Assembly (NCBI GenBank): GCA_963771175.1
Contig: CAVYSY010000054.1
Coordinates: 125,838 to 189,837 of the forward strand
Source: an uncultured delta proteobacterium
GTDB lineage: Bacteria > Myxococcota > Myxococcia > Myxococcales > Myxococcaceae
DNA length: 64,000 nucleotides
Direction: 5' to 3'
The position numbers were made by a program, and so were the translations under genes. The notes beneath the pieces were generated by a model. That model saw only the letters and a list, made by a program, of their open reading frames with translations. It was not told where the DNA came from and did no database searches. The stretch's first letter is position 1, and every line of letters starts with the position of its first letter. This document shows, in pieces, positions 22,337 through 32,799 of this stretch.

Positions 22337-24449
22337 TTGTCCCAACCCCTGCACCGCCGGACCCTCTTGAAGTGCATTGTCGCCGTGGCGGCGAGCACCG
22401 CCCTCGGCTGCCCCGAGGATGAGCCACCCGAGGAGGAGGGGCGTGCGTTCTTCCCCCAGTCGCTGGCCTCGGGAGACCCGCGCCACGACAGCGTGGTGCT
22501 GTGGACGCGCGCGGTGGACCCCGAGCGCCCGGACGAGGACGTCGAGCTCCTCCTCGAGGTGGCCACGGATGCGGGGTTCGAGAACCGCGTGCTGGAGCTG
22601 ACGGGGCTGCGCACCACCTCGGCGCACGACCACACCCTCAAGGTGAAGGTGCGGAACCTCCAGCCGGGGACGCGCTACTTCTACCGCTTCGTCATCGAGA
22701 GGGAGGGCAAGCGGTTCGTGTCCCAGCTGGGCCGCACCCGCACCGCTCCGGCGCCCGACGCGGACGTGTCCGTGCGCTTCGTCGTGGCCAACTGCCAGGA
22801 CTTCCGCGGGCGCTACTACAACTCCTGGCAGCGCCTGGTGCAGCTCGACGAGGACCTCGACTTCATCGTGTTCCTCGGGGACTACATCTACGAGTCCGAC
22901 TCCGAGGTCGTTCCCTCGCCGGACCCCGCGCGCAACGTGCGCTTCACCGACCCGGGCTCGGCGCAGCGTCGGGACCTGAGCGGCGGACGCTCGGAGCTCG
23001 TCGCCAACTCGGTGTCCAACTACCGGGACCTCTACCGCACCTACCGCTCGGACCCGTTCCTCCAGCAGGCGCACGAGCGCTACCCGTTCATCGTCGTCTG
23101 GGATGACCACGAGTTCTCCAACGACTGCTGGGACGCGCATGCCACGTACACCGACGGGCGCACCGACGAGTTCCAGCCCGACCGGCGGCGCAACGCGGAG
23201 CTGGCCTTCTTCGAGTATCTGCCCATCGACCCCACGGACGCGCCCCCGGGCGTCATCGACGTGGACGGCGAGCCCCGTTACCCGGACACGCGCATCTGGC
23301 GCGACTTCGTCTTCGGCGGCCACCTGCGGCTGCTCGTCACGGACTACCGCACCTACCGGCCGGACCACCTCATCCCCGAGGACGCCTACCCCGCGACGGT
23401 GGCCATGAACGCGGCGGTGCTGGCCTCGCTCGGGGCCACCGCGGCCTTCTCGGCCGACACCTTCGCCTACGTGAACATCGACGAGTTCCCGCGCGCAGAA
23501 GGCGGTGCTGCAGGGGGCGTACGTGCTGCTGGCGGTGGCGGCGGGGCTGACGGCCGCGGATGCGGCGGCGCGGGCCGAGGCGGTCGTGCGGGGCAACCTC
23601 GCGCTGGCCTACGTCAACCCGGTGCTGCTGGCGGCGGCGCAGCTGGGGGCCGAGCCCATCGAGCCAACGGGCACGCCTCGCGGGCTGGCCTTCGTGCACA
23701 TGGGGAAGCAGGACCTCTTCACGAGCCTGGGCTCGCGCTACGTGGTCATCAAGGACACCTTCGACGTGTACGCGGCGTGGCGCTACGCCACCTCGGGGCG
23801 GGAGGCCGAGGACGCGCTGGGCGAGGCCCAGGAGGCCTGGCTGCTGGAGTCGGCGCTCGGCCCCGAGACGTGGAAGGTGGTGGTGAGCTCGGTGTCCACC
23901 ACGTCGATGATCTGGGACCTGCGAGCCAAGGCGGACGTGGAGCCGGCCTCGGTGCGCAACCGCTACTACTTCAGCGTGGACCAGTGGGACGGCTTCCCCG
24001 ACAAGCGGCGCGAGCTGATGACCACCCTGCGCGACAGCACCGGGGGCCGAGTCCTCTTCGTCTCGGGGGACATCCACGCGTCCTTCGCGTCGGTGGAGCA
24101 CGGATTGCCGGCCCTCACCGCGCCCGCCATTTCCTCCTCGGCCGTCCAGGAGGAGGCCGGGGTGGCGGTGACGGCGGCGGGCTTTCCTCCCGGCTCGGCC
24201 GTGTTCCGCTACGTCGTCACCGAGCAGGAGGCCACCTTCCGAGAGGGCAACCCGGGCATCGCCTTCGTGGATACCGACTCGCACGGATTCACGGTGGTGG
24301 AGGTGCGCCCCGAGGAGGCTCTCGCCTCGTACCACCTCATCCCCCTCAGTGAGATTCGGACGAGCTACGCGGACCGGCCCGAGGACCTGGCGGCGGCCTT
24401 CTCCCGCCGCGACTTCCTCGTCCGGCCCGGCATCATCCCCGTGGCGTGA
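22337..24449 (+). CDS. phoD: PhoD alkaline phosphatase family Tat lipoprotein (frameshift near 23490)
   Basis: TTG start after GGAGG; RRTLLK Tat motif and ALGC lipobox; ASGDP, VVLWTR, GDYIYE, WDDHE, DQWDGF, SGDIH. Confidence 0.85.
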
Positions 24450-24456
24450 GCCGCGT

Positions 24457-25206
24457 TCAGGCCGCCATCGCCAGGCGGGGCTCCTGCTCCGCCCGCCGCG
24501 GCTGGGGCTCCCGCGCCGTCGCCTTCACCGCCTTCGTCACCACGTAGATGTAGAGGCAGTCGAACAGGAAGATGGAGAGGCACAGGAAGGTGAGGAAGTT
24601 CAGCCCGCCGAGCCAGTCCTGCGTCATGCCAATCACGTAGTGGCACTCGATGGAGGTGCCCAGCGTGCCGAGCATCTTGCACCACGCCGCGGGCACCGAC
24701 AGCCCGCGCCCGCCCTGGTGCCGGCGCGACCAGGCGAAGAAGAGGAAGGTGACGCTCATGACGAGGTTCACCATGAACGCGCCCATCAGGCCCAGCAGGT
24801 CGTGGTACTGGACGTAGAAGGCATACAGGCCGGAGATGGAGAGCATCACCGTGCCGGCGATGATGGCGTGGAAGTTCCGTTGAATCTCCGGAATGGTCTG
24901 CAGCTCCCGGCCGTAGCGCACCAGCTGGTAGACGATGACCAGGTCCACGAAGAACCACACCCGGTCGAAGAAATGCCAGAGCGGCACCGGATTGGGGATG
25001 ACCCACGAGGCCAGGAACTCCCAGGACAGGTTCATGCAGATGGCCACCATGGGCAGGCCGTAGGACTTGTCCTTGAAGCTCTGCCGGATGATGAAGACGT
25101 AGGCCAGAATCCAGAAGACGCAGCCGAGCTCCCCGATGATGTTGAACCAGGCGAACGGGTCGAACGGTCCGCCGCGAACGTGCTCGCTGGAAAAGGTCGG
25201 ATGCAT
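24457..25206 (-). CDS. PaxB/Pyr4-like transmembrane terpene cyclase family protein
   Basis: About 7 TMs; W..AY...I...FKDKSYGLP..A.C.NLSWE and late FDCLY acidic motif; AWCKMLGT. Confidence 0.72.
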   Translation of the reverse strand: MHPTFSSEHVRGGPFDPFAWFNIIGELGCVFWILAYVFIIRQSFKDKSYGLPMVAICMNLSWEFLASWVIPNPVPLWHFFDRVWFFVDLVIVYQLVRYGRELQTIPEIQRNFHAIIAGTVMLSISGLYAFYVQYHDLLGLMGAFMVNLVMSVTFLFFAWSRRHQGGRGLSVPAAWCKMLGTLGTSIECHYVIGMTQDWLGGLNFLTFLCLSIFLFDCLYIYVVTKAVKATAREPQPRRAEQEPRLAMAA

Positions 25207-25208
25207 GG

Positions 25209-26405
25209 TCAGGCCACCTTCTGGTTGGAAGCGGTCTTGCGGTCCACCGAGCGCGTACCCGGCTTGAGGCGCCACAGGTCCTGCAGCTGGTCCGGGATGT
25301 GGAAGGGCGTGCGCTGGCCTCCGCGCTCCACCAGCAGCATCCCCTCGACAATGTCCTTGCTGACGAAGCGCAGCAGCCTCGCGGCGACGAAGGTGTTGTC
25401 ACCCACCCAGTCCACCACCTCGCTGATGCCCTTGATGGCGTGAGGGATGATGACCGTCCAGTCCGGACGGGGCACCTCCAGCAGCTCCGCCACGTTGACC
25501 CCCTGCCACTGGTCCTGGTCCAGGAAGAAGTGGACCATGCTCGCCGGCAGCCCATCCAGGAGGTCCGGCGTGAGCTGCTGGAAGCCCTCGATGAGGGCGG
25601 CCGTCATGGCCACGCCCTCCTTCGAGTACGCCACCTGCCGCTTGCGGATGAGGAAGGTGAGCTCGCGGGCCTCGGCCATGTCGGCCGGAATCAGCCGCTC
25701 GTCCACGCCGATGATGCGCCCCACCGCCCCCCATACGTAGAGCCACGCCTCCTGCTGCTCGGGGGTCAGGTCGATGCGGAGCGCCCTCATGCCCTCGAGC
25801 ACCACGAAGGCGAACGTCATCAGCGTGCCGGCCAGGTCCTCCTGGTTGATGGGCTGGCCCAGCTCCTGCTCGTCCCAGGGCTTGTTCGGGTCGTGGCGGA
25901 TCAGATAGCGGATGGCCGCGTGCATCAGCCGCACCTTCTGTGTGGTGCGCACGCCCCGGCCGTCGGGCTCCATGCCGCCCTCGGTCATCACGTCCACCAC
26001 CATCTGCGCCGTCTCGAAGACGCGGCGGATGAAGCGCTTCTGCAGGAAACCGGTGCGGTGGAGCACCTGCACGCCCTTGCGCGCTGCGTAGGACGCCGGC
26101 AGCGAGTAGAAGCCGAGGACGAGCATCACCTCGGGACCGAACAGCTCGAAGAGCTCCTGGCCCTGGCGCAGCTTCTCGGCGTCCAGCCGGGGCACGTCCG
26201 CCTGCGTCCGGGCGAGGTACTCCACCACGTAGGGCGGCAGCTTGTCGGAGGGCAGGTCGTCGTTCTCGACCAGGGTCCGCATCAGCTGGTTGACCGCGTC
26301 TACCTGTCCCTCGGTGAACAGTCTTTCGATGACGGCATCGGCGAGCGGATCCCTCTTCGTCCGCATCTCGTCCATGAAGTCGTGAGTCCAGTGGCTCGGC
26401 GACAT
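25209..26405 (-). CDS. MpaB/latex-clearing-protein (DUF2236) heme oxygenase family
   Basis: DPLADAVI, SLPASY, RRVFET, KVRLMHAAIR, W...GQPINQEDLAGT. Confidence 0.85.
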   Translation of the reverse strand: MSPSHWTHDFMDEMRTKRDPLADAVIERLFTEGQVDAVNQLMRTLVENDDLPSDKLPPYVVEYLARTQADVPRLDAEKLRQGQELFELFGPEVMLVLGFYSLPASYAARKGVQVLHRTGFLQKRFIRRVFETAQMVVDVMTEGGMEPDGRGVRTTQKVRLMHAAIRYLIRHDPNKPWDEQELGQPINQEDLAGTLMTFAFVVLEGMRALRIDLTPEQQEAWLYVWGAVGRIIGVDERLIPADMAEARELTFLIRKRQVAYSKEGVAMTAALIEGFQQLTPDLLDGLPASMVHFFLDQDQWQGVNVAELLEVPRPDWTVIIPHAIKGISEVVDWVGDNTFVAARLLRFVSKDIVEGMLLVERGGQRTPFHIPDQLQDLWRLKPGTRSVDRKTASNQKVA

Positions 26406-26498
26406 GATGTTCTCTCCCCCCGCGGAGCGGCTCGGAGTGCTTCCCGAGTCCGTGACCATGAATTGTAGTCAGGGCATTCCGGCTGGCTGTGAATCGCT

Positions 26499-29400
26499 TC
26501 ACATGCCCAGCGCTTTGAGTGCCTTTTCAGGTTGGACGTCCGCCGGACGCTCCAACGCGTCGAGTGCCTGCAGCGAGCCCGTCGCACCCAGGCGCTCGAA
26601 GATGCGGCGGGCGTGGGCGAGGTGCGTGGCGCGGAGGGCGGAGTCCTGGGTGCGGCGGGCCAGCTCGTAGTGGGCGAGGCCCTCGTCGGTGGGCATGCGC
26701 AGGTCGCTCGCGTGGCCGAGCGCGCGCTGCCACAACGTCCGGGCGCGCTCGGGGCGGCCCTCCAGCCAGGCCCAGGTGCCCTCGAGGCGGGCGGCACGGC
26801 TGAGGGCGACGGGGTAGAGCCGGCTCACCTTGCGCAGCACCCGGAGGGACGCGAGAGCCAGGGCCCGGGCCTCCTGGGGGTCGGCTCCGCTGTCGCGTGC
26901 GTCCTCCCAGAGCGCCAGGCACGCCTCCACCAGCGCGGTGATGGAGGTGAGGTCCGACCACACCACCAGTGGGCGACGGCGCAACATGCCCAGCGCCTCG
27001 CGCGCGTGGGTCCGCACCTTGGCCCGCTGGCCCGCGCGCCAGGAGACGAGCGCCGCGTTGCAGTGGTAGCGCAGCACGGCGAGCGGGTCCGCCCACGCCA
27101 CCACCGCCTCCGCCTCGCGCAGCCGTGCCACCGCCTCGTCCAGCCGCCCCAGTTGCAGCAGCGTGGGCGCCATCTCCGTGAGGGCCCACATCGCGTGGAT
27201 GATGTTGGAGGCCTCGTTCGCCACCCGCAGCATGGACTCGCGCACGTACTGCGCGGCGCCTGGCTCGCGCGCCATCTCCAGCCCCATGCCCAGCACCTCC
27301 AGGCCGGTGCACATGGTGGACCGGTCGTTGATGTGGCTGGCCGCCGAGATGCCCTGCTCCACCAGGGCGAGGCCTTCCTCCCAGCGCCCGAAGGTGACGT
27401 GGTAGGCGCCCTGGACGACGTGGGCGTGGGCCGGGCGTGCGTCCGGTGCGGTGGTGACGCGGCGGAAGTACCGCTGCGCCAGCCCGTGCATCCGCCCCAG
27501 GCCCGCCATGTAGCCCAGCGCGTTGTAGGCGAGGGCGGCGGAGGTGTAGTGGCGCGTCGCCTCGGCGTGGTTGACGGCGACGAAGTTGGAGGTGAGGTGC
27601 TCCACCAGCCGGTCCGCGAAGAAGGCGTGCTCGGACAGGGTGCTGAAGATGCTGGAGACGAGGTTGAACCGCTCCCGCTCCTGGGGCGTGCCCGGCGCCG
27701 GCAGCCAGCGTCCCAGCGCCATGCGCGACACGTGCCGCACCAGCTCCCATCCCAGCCGGGCGCTCCAGCCCCATCGACTGGTGGGCCGCCTCCGTCCGAG
27801 CAGGCGCAGCGCGCTGTCGCAGTGGCTCAGACTGCGCTCCGTGTCTCCGAGGATGAAGTACGCGTGGCCGAGCCGCGCGTTCCACCGGGCACGGCGCAGG
27901 GCGTCCACCTGCTCGGCGCCGCTCGTGGCGGCCTCCTGGGCCTGGAGGAGGAAGGCGACGGTCTCCGCGTGGGCTCCGCGCGAGAAGGCGGCATCCGCGG
28001 CCTGCTCCAGGTGGTCCAGCGCCCGCTCGGGCTCCTCCGCCAGCCGCCAGTGGTGCGCCAGCAGGGGTTGGAGCTGCTCGCCGTGCTCCTCCTGCTCGCG
28101 CTCGTGGAGCAGGGCCACGGCCCGATGCAGCTCCCGGCGCTGGGAGAAGGACATCAGGTGGTAGGCCGCCTCCTGCACGAGGACATGCTTGAAGGCATAC
28201 ACCGGGTCGGAGGGGCCCTCCTCCCGCTGCACCAGGCCCCGCCGCTCCAGCTCGACGAGCTGCTCCGGCAGCGTGGCCCGGTCCGCCTCCACCGGGTGCA
28301 CGGCGCGCAGCAGCTCGAAGGGGAAGGTGCGGCCGAGCACGCTGGCCACCTTGAGGGTGAGCTGCTGCTGCGGCGTGAGGCGGTCGATGCGGCTGGTGAG
28401 CAGGCCCTGGATGGTGCCGGGCAAGTCCAGCGCCATCCGCTTCACCGAGGGCTCCACCAGCCGGCACTCGCCGCCCGCGATGACGAGGTGGCCGGCGTCG
28501 CGCAGGGCACAGGCCAGCTCCTCGCTGAAGAAGGGGTGGCCCTCGGCCCGGTCGCGGATGAGGTTGGCCACCGGCGAGGGCAGGGTGCGCACCCCGAGCC
28601 GCTGGCGCACCAGCGCCATCACCTCCTCGTACGGCATGCGCTCCAACGTCAGGTGTACCGTGCCGGGGGCGTCGCGGAGCTGGCGGTACTCGGCGGTGGC
28701 GGCCTCGCCCGGGGGGCGCGTGGAGAGCACCAGCAGCAGCCGCTTCACCCGCCGCTGTACGGCCTGCACCAGCTCCCACGAGGAGGAGTCCATCCAGTGC
28801 GCGTCGTCCAGCACCACCACGCGCGGGCGCTCCCGGGTGGCCTCGTCGAGCAGTTGCACCAGCAGCTCGCGCGTGTTGGCGCCGCGCAGGGGGCCGGACA
28901 TCTGCCGCACCACCTCGCTCTCGGGCAGCTCCACCGGCAGCACCCCGTTGAGCAGCGGCGCCCAGGCCTCGCGCTCGGGCCGGGTGCGCAGCCTCGCGAG
29001 CAGTCGCTCGATGCGGAGGGCCTCGTCCTTCAGCTCGTTCAGCTCCAGCAGTCGCGCGAGCACGGGGCGCCAGGCGTGGTAGGCCGAGGAACTCTCCACC
29101 GCGGTGCCCGCGCCGATGGCCGAGGAGAGCCCGGCGGCCTCGGCCTGCGCGAGCAGTTCCTCCACCAGCACGGACTTGCCGATGCCGGCCTCGCCCTCGA
29201 GGAGCACCGTGCCGCCCACGCCTCGCTCCGCGAGGCCCCGCGCCACCGTGGCCAGCCGGGTGCGCTCCTGCTGGCGGCCCACCACCCGCGTGCCCCGCGC
29301 CGCCGTCTCCGCGCCCTCGGTCCCCACCTCGGGGCGGAACACCGGCACCGGCTGCGTTATCCCCTTCATCTTCAGGGGCGCGAGCGTCTCGAAGCGCTGC

Positions 29401-30611
29401 TTCGCGGAGGCCTGCCGCAGCGTGGTGGTGTCACAGAGGACGTCGTCCACCGCCGCCTGCATGAGCCGCGCGGCGAGGTTCACCGTGTGGCCCACCATCA
29501 CGTACTCACGCCGCGTGGCCCCGCCCGTGGTGCCGCAGAAGACGCGCCCGGTGGTCAGGCCGAGTCGGAACGTCAACCCCAGCTCCCGCAGCGCGGTGCG
29601 CAGGTCGAGCGCCGTCTGCACCGCCCGCGTCGCGTCGTCCTCGTGCGACAGCGGCGGCAGCCCGAAGGCCGCCACCATCACCACGCCCTTGTCGTCCACC
29701 ACCACCTGGTTGGCGCTGCCCCCATAGTGGAAGAGGACGGACTGGATGGTGCGCAGGGCGCGCTGCAGCTCCTCGGGTCGCTGGCCGGCGGCGAAGTCCC
29801 TCGCGCCCAGGTTGATGAACAGCACCGTGACGGTGCGGAACTCGGACAGCCACTGGCCGTGCCCGGCCTCCAGCCGGTGGGACACCACCTTCGGCAGGTA
29901 GGCGCGCAGCACCGGCTCCAGCCCCGGCCGCAGCTCCAGCGAGCGCACCTCCGGCAGGGGCAGGGGCTCCAGTGCCACCAGCTTCCAGCCCGCCTCGCCC
30001 CGGGGCTCGCCCTGGGCCACCCCGCCGAGTCGCCGCCACGCGTGGGGGCCGAGGATGATGTCTCCCGGCTGCGCCGAGTGCTCGGCCTGGGCCATCTCCA
30101 GCAGCGGCTCGCCCGAGGCCAGGAAGTCCCAGCGTCCCCGCTCGCCGCCCACGTCCGAGAGCTGCACCGGCCCGGCGCCGATGCCCACCTTCAGCCGCAG
30201 CCGCACCCCGTCCACCGGCTCGGCGCCCTCGACGAGTGCCTGCGCCGCCTGGGCGCACTGGGCGGCCAGTCGCACCGCGCGAGGCAGCTCCTCCTCGGAG
30301 TCCACGGGCCACAGCACCACCATCGCGTCCCCGGCGAAGCGCAGCGCGTCCCCACCATGGGCCAGCAGGGTGTCGAGAAGTTGTGAGAAGCAGGCGTCGA
30401 GGATGCCGCGCAGGCGCTCGGCGCCGGAGGGGCCGCTGTGGTCCAGCGCCTCGGCCATGGCGGTGAAGCCCGTCAGGTCGGCGAAGAGCACCGCGCCATG
30501 CTGCTCGCGCCGGGCCCCCTCGCGTGGGCGGGAGTCATCCTCCAGGAGGGCACGGACGAGCGAGCCGGGCAGGAACGCCGCCAGTGCGTGCAGCCTCGAT
30601 GGGGAACTCAT
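26499..30611 (-). CDS. Soluble adenylyl-cyclase-like protein: two class III cyclase domains + P-loop NTPase + TPR-like region
   Basis: FADLTGFT/FAGDA, DDKG, RREY..VG..VNLAARLM, Walker A GEAGIGKS, LDDAHWMD, GHPFF; start taken at MSSPSRL. Confidence 0.88.
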   Translation of the reverse strand: MSSPSRLHALAAFLPGSLVRALLEDDSRPREGARREQHGAVLFADLTGFTAMAEALDHSGPSGAERLRGILDACFSQLLDTLLAHGGDALRFAGDAMVVLWPVDSEEELPRAVRLAAQCAQAAQALVEGAEPVDGVRLRLKVGIGAGPVQLSDVGGERGRWDFLASGEPLLEMAQAEHSAQPGDIILGPHAWRRLGGVAQGEPRGEAGWKLVALEPLPLPEVRSLELRPGLEPVLRAYLPKVVSHRLEAGHGQWLSEFRTVTVLFINLGARDFAAGQRPEELQRALRTIQSVLFHYGGSANQVVVDDKGVVMVAAFGLPPLSHEDDATRAVQTALDLRTALRELGLTFRLGLTTGRVFCGTTGGATRREYVMVGHTVNLAARLMQAAVDDVLCDTTTLRQASAKQRFETLAPLKMKGITQPVPVFRPEVGTEGAETAARGTRVVGRQQERTRLATVARGLAERGVGGTVLLEGEAGIGKSVLVEELLAQAEAAGLSSAIGAGTAVESSSAYHAWRPVLARLLELNELKDEALRIERLLARLRTRPEREAWAPLLNGVLPVELPESEVVRQMSGPLRGANTRELLVQLLDEATRERPRVVVLDDAHWMDSSSWELVQAVQRRVKRLLLVLSTRPPGEAATAEYRQLRDAPGTVHLTLERMPYEEVMALVRQRLGVRTLPSPVANLIRDRAEGHPFFSEELACALRDAGHLVIAGGECRLVEPSVKRMALDLPGTIQGLLTSRIDRLTPQQQLTLKVASVLGRTFPFELLRAVHPVEADRATLPEQLVELERRGLVQREEGPSDPVYAFKHVLVQEAAYHLMSFSQRRELHRAVALLHEREQEEHGEQLQPLLAHHWRLAEEPERALDHLEQAADAAFSRGAHAETVAFLLQAQEAATSGAEQVDALRRARWNARLGHAYFILGDTERSLSHCDSALRLLGRRRPTSRWGWSARLGWELVRHVSRMALGRWLPAPGTPQERERFNLVSSIFSTLSEHAFFADRLVEHLTSNFVAVNHAEATRHYTSAALAYNALGYMAGLGRMHGLAQRYFRRVTTAPDARPAHAHVVQGAYHVTFGRWEEGLALVEQGISAASHINDRSTMCTGLEVLGMGLEMAREPGAAQYVRESMLRVANEASNIIHAMWALTEMAPTLLQLGRLDEAVARLREAEAVVAWADPLAVLRYHCNAALVSWRAGQRAKVRTHAREALGMLRRRPLVVWSDLTSITALVEACLALWEDARDSGADPQEARALALASLRVLRKVSRLYPVALSRAARLEGTWAWLEGRPERARTLWQRALGHASDLRMPTDEGLAHYELARRTQDSALRATHLAHARRIFERLGATGSLQALDALERPADVQPEKALKALGM

Positions 30612-30747
30612 GCCGGGTATGCGCACCGCCAGGAGATGGCCGGGGGGGCGGGGCGTCCCTTCGTAGCAGATGCCGCCGGACCCGGCCACCTCCGGGGAGG
30701 CGCCCGAGGAGCAGGCGAGCAGGCGGGCCCCTCCGTGCATGCTCGGC

Positions 30748-31347
30748 CTATGCGTGCGCGCGCGGTTTACGCCCCGTGTGGATGCCGTCCAGGATGACGC
30801 CCAGCATGCGGGGGAAGAGCTGCTCCGCGGACAGCTCCAGCTCGGCCAGGACGTCCGGCCGGAGGAGCTGGTCCACCAGGGTGAGCACCATGCGGAGGAC
30901 GAGGCGGGGCTCCACGTCCGCGCGGAAGGCACCGGCCTTCACCCCGGCCGCGAGGAGCGAGCCGAAGCGGGCCTGCACCGACTCGCGGCGGAGCTCCAGC
31001 AGCCGCTGCCAGAGGTTGGGCGCGTCCCGCTGGAAGTCTCGGAGCACCGAGGCGGCGCTCGCGTAGCGGCCCGTCAGCGTTCGGATGAAGTGCTGCAGGC
31101 GCTCGCCGAAGTCGAGCCGCTCGTCTCCGATGATGCCGTCGAGCTCCGCGCCAATCCGGGCGAAGCTGGCCGTGAGGGCGGCCTCGCCCAGCTCCTCCTT
31201 GCTGGAGAAGTGCCGGTAGAGCGTCTTCTTGCTCATCCGCAGCTCGGTGGCGAGGTCATCCATCGTCACGCGCGAGTAGCCGTGGGTGAGGAAGAACTGC
31301 TCCGCCTTCTCCAGGATGCGCGTGCGCGCCTCGTCCGCTTCGCTCAC
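30748..31347 (-). CDS. TetR-family transcriptional regulator
   Basis: RILEKA...GYSRVTMDDLA...SKKTLYRHFSSKEEL; GTG overlaps the P450 stop. Confidence 0.9.
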   Translation of the reverse strand: MSEADEARTRILEKAEQFFLTHGYSRVTMDDLATELRMSKKTLYRHFSSKEELGEAALTASFARIGAELDGIIGDERLDFGERLQHFIRTLTGRYASAASVLRDFQRDAPNLWQRLLELRRESVQARFGSLLAAGVKAGAFRADVEPRLVLRMVLTLVDQLLRPDVLAELELSAEQLFPRMLGVILDGIHTGRKPRAHA

Positions 31348-32687
31348 GCGAGGGCTCCGTGACGCGGCCCCTCGTACACCAGCTCCACGCCGCCCGCCGG
31401 GCCGAGCGTGATGTTGCGGCGCACCGGGCGCTCCGGCTTGTCGCTCGCGAGCGAGAAGCGGTGGGTGGCCAGCAGCGTGCCCAGGACGATGCGCATCTCG
31501 GACTGGGCGAAGGCCGCGCCGATGCAGCGCCGCGCCCCGCCGCCGAAGGGCAGGTACTCGAAGGGGGAGAACTTCCGCTCGAGGAAGCGCTCGGGCCGGA
31601 AGCGCTCGGGCTCGGGGTAGCGCTCGGGGTCGTGGTGGGCGAGCCAGATGGACACCATGATGCCGGTGCCGGGGGCGAGCTCGCGCCCGCGCAGGGTGAA
31701 GGGGGCGAGGGTGCGGCGGCCGATCGCCACCACCACCGGATGCAGGCGCAGGGCCTCGTCGCACACCGCGGCCAGGTAGGGCAGCTTCGCGAGCGCCTCC
31801 GGCTCGGGCACCGGGCCGAGCGGGGCCAGCTCCGCCAGCAGGCGCGTGAGCGTCTCGGGCTCGCGGTGCAGGTGGTAGAGCGCCCAGGCCATGCCGATGG
31901 CCGTGGTCTCGTGACCGGCGATGAGCAGGGTGCGCAGCTCGTCCTTGAGCTCCGAGTCCGTCATGGGCTGGCCCTCCTCGTCCCGCGCCGCGAGCAGCAG
32001 GCTGAGGATGTCGGTGTGGCCCTCCTCGTGCCCGCGCCGGTTCGCCAGCTCCGCCGTCAGCAACTGGTCCAGCTCCGCCACATGGCGCTGGAAGCGCGCC
32101 CACGGGCCCACTCCGCCGAAGGAGCGCCGCAGCGGCACCGCCATCATCAACAGCGGCGTGTAGGATTCGAGGTAGGCCACCAGGACCTCGCGGTAGCGCC
32201 GCACGCGCTCGGGCTCCTCGATGCCGAAGACGGCGCGGATGATGACCTCCAGGGAGATGTCCTGGGTCATGCCCTGGGCGCGGAAGGTGCTGCCCGGACG
32301 CAGGTCGCTGGCCGTGCGCAGGGTGAGCTCCCGCATGAGCTGCCCATAGGCGCGCATGCGCTCGCCGTGGAAGGGAGGCATGAGGAGCTTGCGCTCGCGC
32401 TTGTGGCGCTGCCCGCCCATCAGGAGCAGCGAGTTGTCGCCCACGGCGGGCGCCAGGGGGAGCTGGCCGAGTGGATCGAAGAGGGCCGGGTCCGCGCTGA
32501 AGACCTCCCGGATGCCCTCGGGGTCGCCGGTGATGACCACGTTGCCCACCGGGAGGGGCAGGGTGAACGGGTCTCCGTAGCGCGAGCGGCACTCGCGGAA
32601 CACGCCGGAGGGATTGCGGAGGAAGCGGAACGTCTGCAGCGGGGTGATGCGGGGCCCGGGCGGCAGCAGCGGGGTGGCCGTGGACAT
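31344..32687 (-). CDS. Cytochrome P450
   Basis: PPGP, AGHETT, EALR, PERF, FGGGARRCIG; GGAGG RBS. Confidence 0.95.
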   Translation of the reverse strand: MSTATPLLPPGPRITPLQTFRFLRNPSGVFRECRSRYGDPFTLPLPVGNVVITGDPEGIREVFSADPALFDPLGQLPLAPAVGDNSLLLMGGQRHKRERKLLMPPFHGERMRAYGQLMRELTLRTASDLRPGSTFRAQGMTQDISLEVIIRAVFGIEEPERVRRYREVLVAYLESYTPLLMMAVPLRRSFGGVGPWARFQRHVAELDQLLTAELANRRGHEEGHTDILSLLLAARDEEGQPMTDSELKDELRTLLIAGHETTAIGMAWALYHLHREPETLTRLLAELAPLGPVPEPEALAKLPYLAAVCDEALRLHPVVVAIGRRTLAPFTLRGRELAPGTGIMVSIWLAHHDPERYPEPERFRPERFLERKFSPFEYLPFGGGARRCIGAAFAQSEMRIVLGTLLATHRFSLASDKPERPVRRNITLGPAGGVELVYEGPRHGALA

Positions 32688-32716
32688 GGAGCGTCCTCCT
32701 CGGAGGGTAACAGCGG

Positions 32717-32755
32717 TGGAAACCGAGGAAACTCTAGGCGTTTCCAAAGTTTCCA
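32717..32755. promoter_or_regulatory. Nested inverted repeat, probable TetR operator
   Basis: TGGAAAC-cga-GGAAAC-tctaggc-GTTTCC-aaa-GTTTCCA, 30 bp upstream of the P450 ATG. Confidence 0.68.
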
Positions 32756-32799
32756 GCAACCCGTGGCTGAGCGCGGAGCCCTGGCCGTGGAGTCCACGT

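Noticed and set aside
26532..30386. 1284-aa plus-strand ORF, and similar long antisense ORFs such as 48969-51647 and 33730-35427
   Set aside because: Stop-poor reverse frames typical of high-GC coding DNA; no motifs
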